From: a virus
Lineage: Duplodnaviria > Caudoviricetes
Length of the DNA: 53,718 nt
IMG/VR virus record: IMGVR_UViG_3300030380_002559
Span: 1-53,718 of that record
Direction: 5' to 3' (one strand)
The position numbers and the translations under genes are program-made. Positions 24,735-34,104 of this stretch are shown one piece after another. Within the stretch, counting starts at the first letter, position 1, and every line of letters starts with the position of its first letter. Under the pieces are notes generated by a model that saw nothing but the letters and a program-made list of their open reading frames with translations, was not told the DNA's origin and ran no database searches.

Positions 24735-26676
24735 GGCTGATCACTTTCTCCATTTCTTTTGCGTCGCCCCAATTAGGTCCAAGGTCAACGTCTACTTTGA
24801 TTGGAACTGCTAACTCGACGCAGCTTTCCATAATCTCTTTGATCTTTTCAATCTGCTCTGGCGACTCAATCGAAAAATCTAATTCGTCGTGAACTTGGAT
24901 ATGCGGGACGATACCTTCATTGTAGAGTATCTGCATGGCCTTCTTCGTCATATCAGCCGCGCTTCCCTGAATGAGTCTATTCATTGCTTTATGGGTAAAT
25001 GCTCTCTTGATTGCGTTACCGTGTTCGGCATACGCTGTCTTGTGGTCCATAATTTTTCGTGTGCCAAATTGAGCTGGCTCCCACTTATCGAACCGGCACC
25101 GCCGCCCTAACAACGTGCGGATGCTTCCTTGTTTTGAAGCCCTCTGGACTGCTCGCTCCGATAACGCTTTTACAAACGGTACGCGGTCATGGTATTGCGC
25201 GAACAATTCTTTGCCTTCTTCTAATGTAAGTCCCAGACTATCGGAGAGCTTAGTAACACCCATTGAATAGAACAAACCAAGGTTGATGTTCTTAGCTTGT
25301 TTACGCGGTATCCCCGCCATATCGGCCACGATCTGGTGGAAGTCGGCATCGTCCTGTTGAAAGGCGTCTACGGCGTCTTGAGCGCCGCGTAGCTCCATCA
25401 AATGGGCGTAGTGTACCACGATCCGTGGCTCTTGTTGCGAATAGTCGAACGCGCCCCACTGACACCCTTCTTCTGGGATGAAGAGCGATCGAATCTTCGT
25501 ACCAATCTCAGGGTCACGTGCAGGTACTTGTTGTAAGTTCGGGTTTGAATAACTGAACCGACCTGTTACGGTACCGCCGTCGTCTGAGCGCAAGGGATGA
25601 AGTTCAGCATGAATACGACCATTAACTTGGTTTGACATTATCATCCCATCGATGAATGTCGTCCTAGCTTTATTCATCTTTCGCGCTTCAACAATTAGCT
25701 TGGGCATCTCGTGTTGATGGCCTTCTAACCAGCCTTGTTGAAATGATGGTGCGCCAAGTTCTGTACGCGGATAGTCTAAACTCAAGCCATCAAAGGCTTC
25801 CTGAATAGACTTATTTGCCCAAACCTCGATGTTCTTACCGCAAAGTTTCTTGATCTTTTGGAGAGCTGCCTCTTCTCTCGCACGAAACCATTTAGAAAGT
25901 TCATCTGCTTTATCTAAATCTACCCGTACACCACGCCACCGCATCTCGATAAGCAAGGGTGTTATCGAAGATTCAAGGTCGAAGATCGACCATAAATCTT
26001 GTCGGGTCATCTCACCCTTTTGCCATTCCCAAAGTTTAAGAGTTAATGCTGCGTCTTGCTCGGCGTATGGTCCTACATACATGGGAGGTAATTGATGTAA
26101 CCCCCCTTTAGCATCAACATTCCATGCTTCGGCGGCGTCACGTAAAAGGCTTTCGTCTTTCTTTTCTTGAAGATAGCTTTTACCAAGCGCGTTAAGAGCA
26201 TAGCTAAACCTATTTTCATCTATTAAAGGGGCAGACACCATTGTGTCAATGAGCCGGTTTTCTCGCAGAGTGATACCCTCCCTGCGCATCCACCCAATAT
26301 CGTAAGAAGCGTTGTGGCAAATAATATCTGCGCCACCGTCGATTTGAGCCTGTAACCAATTTTTGACGAGCTTCTCATTTAAGTTACCTCCTGCTTCATG
26401 CTTAACGGGTAGATAACCTGACCAAGATTCAGTAGCTACGGCGTAACCTACAACATGACCTTCGCCCCTTGCCCAACCCGCACCCTTCTCTTTAAGAGAA
26501 GGATCTCGCGTTTCAAGGTCGATACATATCTCCTTCGCTGCGGTTAGGTCAGGAAGATGTTCAGGTGGGGTCCAATCGCTATCAGGAGAGAACAAAGGCT
26601 GTTGAAGCGGGTTCTTTGGCATAGCTGGCTTCTTATCAGGTAGTGTCTGATAAGAGCTTACTATGTTATTAGTCAC
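24670..26676 (-). CDS. polA: DNA polymerase family A with 3'-5' exonuclease
   Basis: Exo motifs DLET, HNASYD, YAEQD; TGRFSYSNPNLQQVP; motif A DYSQQEPR; motif B KNINLGLFY; motif C VHDEL. Confidence 0.95.
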   Translation of the reverse strand: MTNNIVSSYQTLPDKKPAMPKNPLQQPLFSPDSDWTPPEHLPDLTAAKEICIDLETRDPSLKEKGAGWARGEGHVVGYAVATESWSGYLPVKHEAGGNLNEKLVKNWLQAQIDGGADIICHNASYDIGWMRREGITLRENRLIDTMVSAPLIDENRFSYALNALGKSYLQEKKDESLLRDAAEAWNVDAKGGLHQLPPMYVGPYAEQDAALTLKLWEWQKGEMTRQDLWSIFDLESSITPLLIEMRWRGVRVDLDKADELSKWFRAREEAALQKIKKLCGKNIEVWANKSIQEAFDGLSLDYPRTELGAPSFQQGWLEGHQHEMPKLIVEARKMNKARTTFIDGMIMSNQVNGRIHAELHPLRSDDGGTVTGRFSYSNPNLQQVPARDPEIGTKIRSLFIPEEGCQWGAFDYSQQEPRIVVHYAHLMELRGAQDAVDAFQQDDADFHQIVADMAGIPRKQAKNINLGLFYSMGVTKLSDSLGLTLEEGKELFAQYHDRVPFVKALSERAVQRASKQGSIRTLLGRRCRFDKWEPAQFGTRKIMDHKTAYAEHGNAIKRAFTHKAMNRLIQGSAADMTKKAMQILYNEGIVPHIQVHDELDFSIESPEQIEKIKEIMESCVELAVPIKVDVDLGPNWGDAKEMEKVISHAESTRGWTRGAESNYTFQKT

Positions 26677-26989
26677 CTTGACTAGTCCTGTTCCGCATCT
26701 CGGCCTCTACAAGAAAGAGATACCGACGTAAGTCACTGATATCGTCGACAAGACCCTCGGGCCGACGATCCTCATCCATAGCAGAAAAAATATCGTAATG
26801 ATGACCTAATACCTGTTTTTCAATACGATCCCATTTACGCGCCAACATCATGAAGGCACCTACACCGCCGCGCTGTTTCCAACTATCTCCGTACGACTCT
26901 TCTGCGCGTGTAAGCCCCGCGCAATCTTCATCAGCGATATTTTCTACGGTCTGTAGAATTTTACTTTTTTCTTTCGAGCCACTCGACAC
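26669..26989 (-). CDS. Nucleotide-modification-associated domain 1 (DUF1599/MazG-like dNTP pyrophosphatase fold)
   Basis: SYGDSW...RKWDRI...EGLVDDISDLRRY; context between the TS-like gene and polA. Confidence 0.6.
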   Translation of the reverse strand: MSSGSKEKSKILQTVENIADEDCAGLTRAEESYGDSWKQRGGVGAFMMLARKWDRIEKQVLGHHYDIFSAMDEDRRPEGLVDDISDLRRYLFLVEAEMRNRTSQGD

Positions 26990-27953
26990 AGGCTTTCCTC
27001 CAATCCGGTGATTCTATTTCACGGGCCTTATCTACAGCCTCGTTAATCATTTTTTCTTTCCAGAGCCACCAAGCCTCGACCATAGGTATTGCAGTCTTCG
27101 GAAAGATTTGGTTTTGGTATCCCACATGGGATTCTCCGTTGTGGAGCCAGTCGAAGAAGAGACAGACCTCGAGATCGAACTCTTCCCATTTATCGACGAG
27201 CGGGACCGGATAGATTTCATACGCTTCATAAGGGTCTGGATGAATCCCTTGAGGAAGTTTTTCATCGAGCGGCCTCCATACGTCTAAATATACATGCGGA
27301 TTACTACTGACTTGATAATAACGCCCAAGACCCATCCCCATGCAACTAGCTAAATATTCATGAACCATACTGAAGTGAACAGCATTCGCACCGTACATAC
27401 CCCAGATCAAATCATTCGATCTGTTCGTTACGGTCATATCTAAATAATAACCAAGGCTGGCTGGTCGACCGCGTAAGAAAACTTGCGTATTACAAGGAAC
27501 GTCCTTGGATGGAGAACCAAGGTCTTGAGTACAGTCCCACATCTGAAGTACAGCACGGCGGTCTAATGGGTTCTTGCGAAGTAAATCAATAACGGTAGAT
27601 AGCTGGTCACGTCCAAACCATTCAGTCCAGCGGTAACCGTAAGCACCATTTACTAGAACACCGTCATCCGAAAAGTCAGCCATCTTCTTAGCAAACATTG
27701 TCAGAGTCTTTAGATCTTGCCGACCAGCGATCATCCACAGCCCTTCAATAAAATGAAAGAAAGGGTTACAATTACGTTCTGCACTAAATAGAACACGCTC
27801 ATCCGGTCGCTCATAAACAGTCGTGAGTGGTGTCGGGAACGACAACACCGGACCATTGCGCGAGTCCGTTTCTAACAACTGACTACTCTCCCGCAAGTTC
27901 ATAACTGCGATCTGGAAAACCTCATTGACGTTTACGCCTTGTATAACTTTCAT
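26961..27953 (-). CDS. Thymidylate synthase-family enzyme, probably dUMP hydroxymethylase
   Basis: SRNG, EGLW, GAYGYRW, RRAVLQMWD, catalytic PC, RSND..WG...N (Asn indicates dUMP specificity), HVY. Confidence 0.8.
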   Translation of the reverse strand: MKVIQGVNVNEVFQIAVMNLRESSQLLETDSRNGPVLSFPTPLTTVYERPDERVLFSAERNCNPFFHFIEGLWMIAGRQDLKTLTMFAKKMADFSDDGVLVNGAYGYRWTEWFGRDQLSTVIDLLRKNPLDRRAVLQMWDCTQDLGSPSKDVPCNTQVFLRGRPASLGYYLDMTVTNRSNDLIWGMYGANAVHFSMVHEYLASCMGMGLGRYYQVSSNPHVYLDVWRPLDEKLPQGIHPDPYEAYEIYPVPLVDKWEEFDLEVCLFFDWLHNGESHVGYQNQIFPKTAIPMVEAWWLWKEKMINEAVDKAREIESPDWRKACVEWLERKK

Positions 27954-28777
27954 GGGTACTTTCCTCTTGGTGCGCCTTCTCCATTACGCACTCTTTCATA
28001 TTTATCAAACTCGCAAAGACTATGCTCGATATCGCGCATCTCTAATCGCGGTAGGAAATCTTTAGCTAAATATTCGGATGAGCATAGTAAAAGTTCGTGC
28101 ATCTCCTTCGTAAAATTATGCTTACGGCTCTTAAAGTTCAGAGGTCTACCGTATATGCGATTCAGACCGCGCATAGCACCGGGACCAGCATTAGCCCATG
28201 TATAGATGTCATCGGCCTCATCAAGAAAGTGTGTATGACGCAAGTCAGTAATTATTTCATATGACATGAAGGCTCCTAGGTACGGAAATTGCATAAACAA
28301 GTTCCATGAACCTCGGAGGTTGTTCGAGCGGATATCGTCGGCGAGTGTTTTGCGAAGGGGCCAAATGTTGTTAACGCACCAGATAACCCCATCGACCTTG
28401 TCCATTCCGTCGGGAGTTTTAATTATGTACCCACCGGTCACATATTTAGGTTGCTTCTTGATTTCTTCTCGGGCAATCTCTGGGTTCCAATCGACATGGA
28501 GATTATGGTCAAGAAGTGTTTGGCCTGTCTCTATTAGATTAAACCAACGAAAGATAACCGTGGCCATGAGAACATCGTCGTCCCCATTCAAGGGATCGCG
28601 CATCTTTTCCCTAAACCAAACGGTTGTCTTGTCGTTTTCTCTAAAGGGATTAGTAAAGCGATAGGTCTTTAAAATCTCGTCGTCAGTCCAATGGTTGCGG
28701 GAGAGGCCCATATCCTTCTTCAGAAAGATACGGTGCCTCTCCTCCATCCACCAAAAGAACCGTTCGATCGATTCCAT
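27950..28777 (-). CDS. aGPT-Pplase1 / 5-hmdU DNA kinase helical-domain family protein (thymidine hypermodification)
   Basis: ERH.I...WTDDEIL..YRFTN.FRE.DKTT...FRWFN...F.SYEI.TDL...GPGA.RGL...DIEHSLCEFDKY.R. Confidence 0.75.
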   Translation of the reverse strand: MESIERFFWWMEERHRIFLKKDMGLSRNHWTDDEILKTYRFTNPFRENDKTTVWFREKMRDPLNGDDDVLMATVIFRWFNLIETGQTLLDHNLHVDWNPEIAREEIKKQPKYVTGGYIIKTPDGMDKVDGVIWCVNNIWPLRKTLADDIRSNNLRGSWNLFMQFPYLGAFMSYEIITDLRHTHFLDEADDIYTWANAGPGAMRGLNRIYGRPLNFKSRKHNFTKEMHELLLCSSEYLAKDFLPRLEMRDIEHSLCEFDKYERVRNGEGAPRGKYP

Positions 28778-29616
28778 TACTTTTTCCTCAAGATCCAGTT
28801 GACATTGTTAGCTGTCTCCGGATACGCCGTGGCAAGAATCACACGTTGCCAGTGCTTATCGAACCGCCCTTGAATATCGTCTATCACGTGCTGTGGCCAG
28901 CGTAGATTAGCACGATGGTTACGCTTGAAGTTATTCATTTGCGTAAACGTGCCGTAGTGCCGTTCGATGGTATAGTATTTTTCGAGGAGTTCTTTGAGTT
29001 CTTCGTACCCCCATTCGTAGATGTGGTCTTTTGGGAGGATGTCGTTTGACCCATCATGGTTCGGCGTCGAGACATATGCAATGCCATTCGGACGGAGTTT
29101 ACGACACGATGCTTCGATCCAAGGTTCAATGAACTCCCTCCCCATGTGTTCGATTACTTCCGTTGTCATGAAGACATCCACGGACTCGTCCTCAACAGGA
29201 GGTTCAGGGTCCACGGTTAGGTCTTGGAGAACGATCCGGCCTTTATTACCTGTCATGGTTTTGAACCATTGATGTTCAGTAACTGGATCGTTATCATCTA
29301 CCCACCAATCGTCGAGACAAGCGGGATCAATATCCATACCGGTATAACTATTAACAATCTCCTCTTTACGAGAGACGAACGCCTTGTAGAGATAACGAAG
29401 CGTCCAAACTTCTCCGCATCCGATTTCAAGGATGTCAACAGGTCGACCAAGCTCTTTAGCTTTGCCCATAATTAACTGACCCATTTTACAAAACCGGCTG
29501 ATATGGGCCAATTCATCTGGTCGCCAGTTTGCTAACGTACCCGCACTGGCAATATCCATGCGGGTGTTTTTAGAGTTGTTCGCGTTTACCGCGAGTTTTC
29601 TACGAATAGAAGCCAT
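28777..29616 (-). CDS. Class I SAM-dependent methyltransferase-like protein
   Basis: Start MASIRR at 29616 after GGAGAGG; ILEIGCGE, YTGMDID, EVIEH, LRPNG...VSTPN. Confidence 0.8.
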   Translation of the reverse strand: MASIRRKLAVNANNSKNTRMDIASAGTLANWRPDELAHISRFCKMGQLIMGKAKELGRPVDILEIGCGEVWTLRYLYKAFVSRKEEIVNSYTGMDIDPACLDDWWVDDNDPVTEHQWFKTMTGNKGRIVLQDLTVDPEPPVEDESVDVFMTTEVIEHMGREFIEPWIEASCRKLRPNGIAYVSTPNHDGSNDILPKDHIYEWGYEELKELLEKYYTIERHYGTFTQMNNFKRNHRANLRWPQHVIDDIQGRFDKHWQRVILATAYPETANNVNWILRKK

Positions 29617-29638
29617 AAACCTCTCCGTCAGGTTAAAG

Positions 29639-29698
29639 GATGGGGAAACGACAGGCCGAACTAAGGAGAAAGCCAAAAACCCGCCGTTCCCCCGCATC
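29639..29698 (-). ncRNA. Long hairpin presenting an anti-Shine-Dalgarno loop
   Basis: 16-bp stem (5 G-U pairs, valid only on the minus strand); apical region GCUUUCUCCUU. Confidence 0.55.
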
Positions 29699-29704
29699 GA
29701 AAGA

Positions 29705-30127
29705 CTAGCTAGGAATCCGAATGTATTCCTTGTCGACCATCTCCCGATGATAGTGTTTGTAGACACGGTCTACAGGTTGTTTAGTTGGAAGCAGACCCTC
29801 CAACTTTTCCCAGAACATACCAATAGTGACGCCATCCTTACCAAACTCTTCGAGCTTTTCGAGGATAAGCATCATCTGACGCGGTCCTTTTTCTGGGTAT
29901 TTATTAAATACGATGGTCGTACCGACTTTCAGCCGACCAGTATTGGAGCGCCCTTGTGCGGCCTTTTTCTTAGCTTCGGTCACCATAACTGTTTCTTCAG
30001 ACATAATCTTCTTTCCTTTATGATACTCAGAAGGCCACCGATGGCGGGGCCAAGTTTTCTGTTCCCCAAAACCATGATCGGGAGAATATTTCCACGAATC
30101 GGGTCCGACTTGCATCCAACCACCCAT
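29705..30127 (-). CDS. Winged-helix-like protein, paralog 3 (alternative start at 30004)
   Basis: PRQMMLILEKLEEFG...LPTKQPVDRVYKHYHREMVDKEYI aligns with paralogs 1 and 2; RBSs precede both 30127 and 30004. Confidence 0.6.
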   Translation of the reverse strand: MGGWMQVGPDSWKYSPDHGFGEQKTWPRHRWPSEYHKGKKIMSEETVMVTEAKKKAAQGRSNTGRLKVGTTIVFNKYPEKGPRQMMLILEKLEEFGKDGVTIGMFWEKLEGLLPTKQPVDRVYKHYHREMVDKEYIRIPS

Positions 30128-30196
30128 GTAAACCTCCAGTCTTACTTTCTTTAAGACCTTAGACTAGACCGCCCTCTTAATAAAGTAGAAAACTAT

Positions 30197-31702
30197 CTAC
30201 ATAGAAAAATATTTATTGCTCATCGGTTGTACGATGTGAAGATTCTGTTTTGCTCGGGTAAGCCCCACATAAAAGACGCGAGTGTCGTCGTCTGGGTTCT
30301 TTTCAAAGCTTTTCCAAGTGCGGTGCGGAATATCTGTAAGCAGCAAAACATTATCTGCTTCGCCACCTTTTGCAGAATGTATGGTAGATAATTTTATTCG
30401 AGGTTTACTTGTGATCTTTTCGCCTCGGCGTAGTATTGAAAGCATATAACTACGTTCAGCGACAGAGAGCGCATCGAACATATCGTGCCAAATTAATGGT
30501 TCCGAAAGACCTGCCTTTTCCACGACCTCCGCGAGGGTGAAAGTTTCCGTTGGTGCGCAAGTATCAAAGACCTTCTTTTTCGAGCTCTTGATATACGCGA
30601 TCGCTGACGTTGCGTCCTCTGAATACGCAGAATGTCCACGGCGTAAACGCTCCCAAGCCTTGACTGAAGCAATCTTCTTTTCAGAAACAGAAGGATTGCC
30701 CTTCCTTTCAAAGTATACACCAAGGTTACGGCAGTGCGCGTCAAGTTCATTTAACAAATAATTAGACCGAGATAAGATTAACCACTCACCTGATGTAAGG
30801 TCCACATGCTCGAAACTTGCTTCGCTGACAACTTGTCCTTCCTCCTCCCGAGGATTCCAAGTTTTATTTGTTCGTGTCTTAACACGGCGTATCACTTTGT
30901 CGGCGATCCGGTGAACACTACGCGGGATGCGATAACTTTGATCCAACACTCGAGCGTTCCCCTCGCTCAAAGCAACAAGATGATCCACGTCTGCCCCTGC
31001 CCATCTAAAAATGGCTTGATCGTCGTCTCCGGCAATATAGACACGCTCCGAATTATTTGCCAAAAGCTCTACTAACCGCCACTGTAAAGGACTAAGGTCT
31101 TGCGCCTCGTCCACAAACATAACGTCTAGTTTAGGGGCCAACTGTTTTTGAACACAAAGATCAAGCATATCAGTAAAATCGTGTAAGCCTCTTGCTTGTT
31201 TAAATTGATACAGCCCTTTTTGGAACCGCTCTAACGCGAACCAGTCAATATCTTCGTCATAATGCTGGTGCCATTGCTCCCGTAACGGTACGCACCGGAG
31301 CCGCGACAAACCCTCGATAAAACTGAGCCGGTCGTCCTTCGATAGCATGGAAATCGAACCTTCTTCCATGTCCGAGCGACCAGATAATCGCAACCCCATA
31401 ATGTCGTTAAACTCGCGTAAGGAGTTACCGTTCAAAACAGAACTACGCGATAGACCTAACATTCGATGACAAAGGGAGTGTAACGTACGAAAATTCGGTA
31501 ACTCTTTCGAGCTTAACCCGAAGCGCTCCATCGTTCGGTCGCGCCCTTCCTCTGAAGCCTTCTTAGTAAAAGCAAAATACCCAATACGATCAGGCGGTGT
31601 GCCGTTTTGCATTTCTAATTCGATGAGGTTCAAGATCGTGGTAGTTTTGCCTGTACCGGGGGGACCAAGGATAATCGACCATGTGCTTGAGTCGCTGGCC
31701 AT
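30197..31702 (-). CDS. Superfamily 1 (UvrD/Rep-like) helicase
   Basis: GPPGTGKTT, AFT, TLHS, VDEAQD, GDDDQAIF, QSYR, STIHSAKGGE, YVGLTRA. Confidence 0.92.
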   Translation of the reverse strand: MASDSSTWSIILGPPGTGKTTTILNLIELEMQNGTPPDRIGYFAFTKKASEEGRDRTMERFGLSSKELPNFRTLHSLCHRMLGLSRSSVLNGNSLREFNDIMGLRLSGRSDMEEGSISMLSKDDRLSFIEGLSRLRCVPLREQWHQHYDEDIDWFALERFQKGLYQFKQARGLHDFTDMLDLCVQKQLAPKLDVMFVDEAQDLSPLQWRLVELLANNSERVYIAGDDDQAIFRWAGADVDHLVALSEGNARVLDQSYRIPRSVHRIADKVIRRVKTRTNKTWNPREEEGQVVSEASFEHVDLTSGEWLILSRSNYLLNELDAHCRNLGVYFERKGNPSVSEKKIASVKAWERLRRGHSAYSEDATSAIAYIKSSKKKVFDTCAPTETFTLAEVVEKAGLSEPLIWHDMFDALSVAERSYMLSILRRGEKITSKPRIKLSTIHSAKGGEADNVLLLTDIPHRTWKSFEKNPDDDTRVFYVGLTRAKQNLHIVQPMSNKYFSM

Positions 31703-33234
31703 TAGAACGGTTCTTCCTTCATTTCAGGCGTATCGAACGAACTATCCTGACCGGTATATTCTGGTATAAACCAGACGGTAATTCCTTTGCCTTTTACATG
31801 GAAGAAGTGATGACCTCCGCCAAGCTCACGAATACGCGCCGCTATATTATTACGGCCATAGTCCCGGAACTGTTGTCGACTGAAGTAATCAAGAAGGTCT
31901 TTTAGCCTGAAGTATGTTTTGCCCTCTTCTGTCCAAGGCTTACCTAAAAGCAGTTCGTCACGGCTTTGAGCTTGCGCTCGTTCGGTACAAAACGACTCCA
32001 GTAGCTCCATAAACTGACCTTCAACGGATACGTCTTTTGGCACTTCAATAATCGAAACAGCGTCGAGTAGCGACTGCATCGTATTACGCCAAGTATTTTG
32101 CCGTTGGGTCGGCGGCATAAAATTAAGAGCGTCCATACACCGACGTTGAAACTTGGTTTGATTTTGAAGCTCTTCTGTTGTTAATTCTAGCCGGTGGCCT
32201 TCTACGTCAAGAAACCAGATCGGAGGTTGAGAGTCCTGCTTTTGTAGATTACCAAACTGCGGTAAGCCGCCTGACGACCCTACACCGTAGTCACAAGTTC
32301 GACAAATCGCCGCGTTACAATATGCTGCGATGGGCTGATCATTACACTTATAGAGGTAGTCTTTATTATTCAAAGCACGAATAACAGTCAGCACTTCTTG
32401 AGCGCCTAATGGCGGCTTCATAAACTTAAAGTTAAATTCTTCGACTTTGCGTTCCCAAGTATCTTGAAACTTCTTACGAGCGAACACCCCAAGATCGAAT
32501 AAACCGTTGTTGCGCGTACCTTCAGGGAACCCCATTGTGCAAAGTGACCGTAAGCACGGCGGCGCGCCTTGTAAATCAGGGTCATCGTCGGCGTTATGGA
32601 TAGCTTGAGGTGATAAGTTTTCAAGTTCCCGGCGTGTGACACGCTTCGACTTAGCGTGCTCAATAAACTCTTCTAAATCGAGGATACCTTCGCCATCGTC
32701 ATTATGGCAGTAACGTGTTGAGGACGTACCGCCAAAATAGGGCATATTTAAAATATTGCCTCTATCGCCCTTTTCTAAAAGTAACTTTATTTGTTTTGGA
32801 AAAATCTCAGCGGTGCCGTAACCAAGAGCAGACGCGATTTCTTTTAATTTACCCTGCATTATCGACGCGGGTACAGACTCCGATACAAAACAATAAACAT
32901 GTGCGCCGCCCGATTTAGAACGCGCAACAACAAATGGAAGTTCGTTTCTTTTAACCAACCGCTCAACTAAATCGTCGTGTTTAAGAGGGTAGGTATCAAT
33001 GTCGATAGCCCCCCAAACACAACTGTTATCTTCCCTAATAGGTACGATCCCAAGGGACTCTTGACCGGTTAAATGATTTTCCCATAATTCAAGTAAACGA
33101 TCGTCATCTAAATCTTCTGAAACGACACGATATTGACCTTTCTGTTTACCGGGACCGTTATCCTCATTAGGACGATAAGAGCCATACGCCAATCGTAAGC
33201 CCGAAAATAATTCTGCAAAATCTTTTGCCGCCAT
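31702..33234 (-). CDS. DNA primase (archaeo-eukaryotic primase superfamily-like)
   Basis: WGAIDID, RSKSGGAH, EIFPKQ, GNILNMPY; PPC...EGTRNN PriCT-like region. Confidence 0.8.
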   Translation of the reverse strand: MAAKDFAELFSGLRLAYGSYRPNEDNGPGKQKGQYRVVSEDLDDDRLLELWENHLTGQESLGIVPIREDNSCVWGAIDIDTYPLKHDDLVERLVKRNELPFVVARSKSGGAHVYCFVSESVPASIMQGKLKEIASALGYGTAEIFPKQIKLLLEKGDRGNILNMPYFGGTSSTRYCHNDDGEGILDLEEFIEHAKSKRVTRRELENLSPQAIHNADDDPDLQGAPPCLRSLCTMGFPEGTRNNGLFDLGVFARKKFQDTWERKVEEFNFKFMKPPLGAQEVLTVIRALNNKDYLYKCNDQPIAAYCNAAICRTCDYGVGSSGGLPQFGNLQKQDSQPPIWFLDVEGHRLELTTEELQNQTKFQRRCMDALNFMPPTQRQNTWRNTMQSLLDAVSIIEVPKDVSVEGQFMELLESFCTERAQAQSRDELLLGKPWTEEGKTYFRLKDLLDYFSRQQFRDYGRNNIAARIRELGGGHHFFHVKGKGITVWFIPEYTGQDSSFDTPEMKEEPF

Positions 33235-33259
33235 ACTTAACCCTCTCTAACGGTATAAA

Positions 33260-33290
33260 TTAAGGGGACAGTGAAACACCGCCCCCTTAA
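33260..33290 (-). terminator. Hairpin/terminator after the SSB gene
   Basis: UUAAGGGGGCGGUG-UUU-CACUGUCCCCUUAA. Confidence 0.6.
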
Positions 33291-33299
33291 AGTTTGACC

Positions 33300-34094
33300 T
33301 TAGAAAGGAACTTCGTCGTTGATTTTGTCAGAAGATGCTCCTCCGGCCTCTGGATCTTTAGCCTGTACCTCACCCGACTTAATCATCTTTAGGAAATTAG
33401 CGCCCTCAAGAATCATGTCGCGGTTTGAGGCTTGGCCTTCAAGACCAATCGACCAACCGTACCAAGAACCACGGTCGTTCTGCTCAGCTACCGTCTTCAA
33501 ACGATATTTGAACAAGAACATAGGAGCTTCGACCATTGCTCCAGCGGAGTTTTTGACGCGCCGCTGTTTCATTTGGCTAACCCACTTACGAGCCTTTGAA
33601 AGCTGGGTGGACGTCATCGCGATAACCGCTTGCGTCCACTCACTTTCATCTCCATTACAGATCATGACGTAGAATTGTGCAGTCTCGGCAATGTAGTTAC
33701 CGTTGCTCAATACGAACTGACCGCGCTCATTCTTCGTAGTCTGCGTTAAGATATCTCGACTATCATGAGTGTTAATAAGGCCACCCCCGCTTTCACGCGG
33801 TGCCCACTCGAGATACTTCTTATTGTAGTAGCAAGGAACTACAATAAGACCCTCATCCCCATCCGTCGCCTCACCGGTGACAGTATTGAAGATATTACCC
33901 TGCTCAGCACCTTTGACATATTTACCGTCATTCTTGTTGAGCTGTGGGCTGAGAGCTTGTAACAGCTGAAGGAACGGAATGGCAAAGTCATCAGAGGACG
34001 TATCCTCCAAGCCTGTGCCAAGCGACAATAGATCGTCGTCTATTACTGCGACTGCACCGCCGCCGTTCTTTACTGCAACTTCGTTTTTCGCCAT
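33300..34094 (-). CDS. Single-stranded DNA-binding/annealing protein (putative)
   Basis: IPFLQLLQALSPQ...MTSTQL...NDRGSWYGW; acidic tail ending DEVPF; RBS AGGAGG. Confidence 0.65.
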   Translation of the reverse strand: MAKNEVAVKNGGGAVAVIDDDLLSLGTGLEDTSSDDFAIPFLQLLQALSPQLNKNDGKYVKGAEQGNIFNTVTGEATDGDEGLIVVPCYYNKKYLEWAPRESGGGLINTHDSRDILTQTTKNERGQFVLSNGNYIAETAQFYVMICNGDESEWTQAVIAMTSTQLSKARKWVSQMKQRRVKNSAGAMVEAPMFLFKYRLKTVAEQNDRGSWYGWSIGLEGQASNRDMILEGANFLKMIKSGEVQAKDPEAGGASSDKINDEVPF

Positions 34095-34104
34095 AACTTA
34101 CCTC

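Noticed and set aside
29617-29766. N-terminal extension of the methyltransferase in the ORF track
   Set aside because: It overlaps the upstream gene and the hairpin; a good RBS precedes the ATG at 29616.
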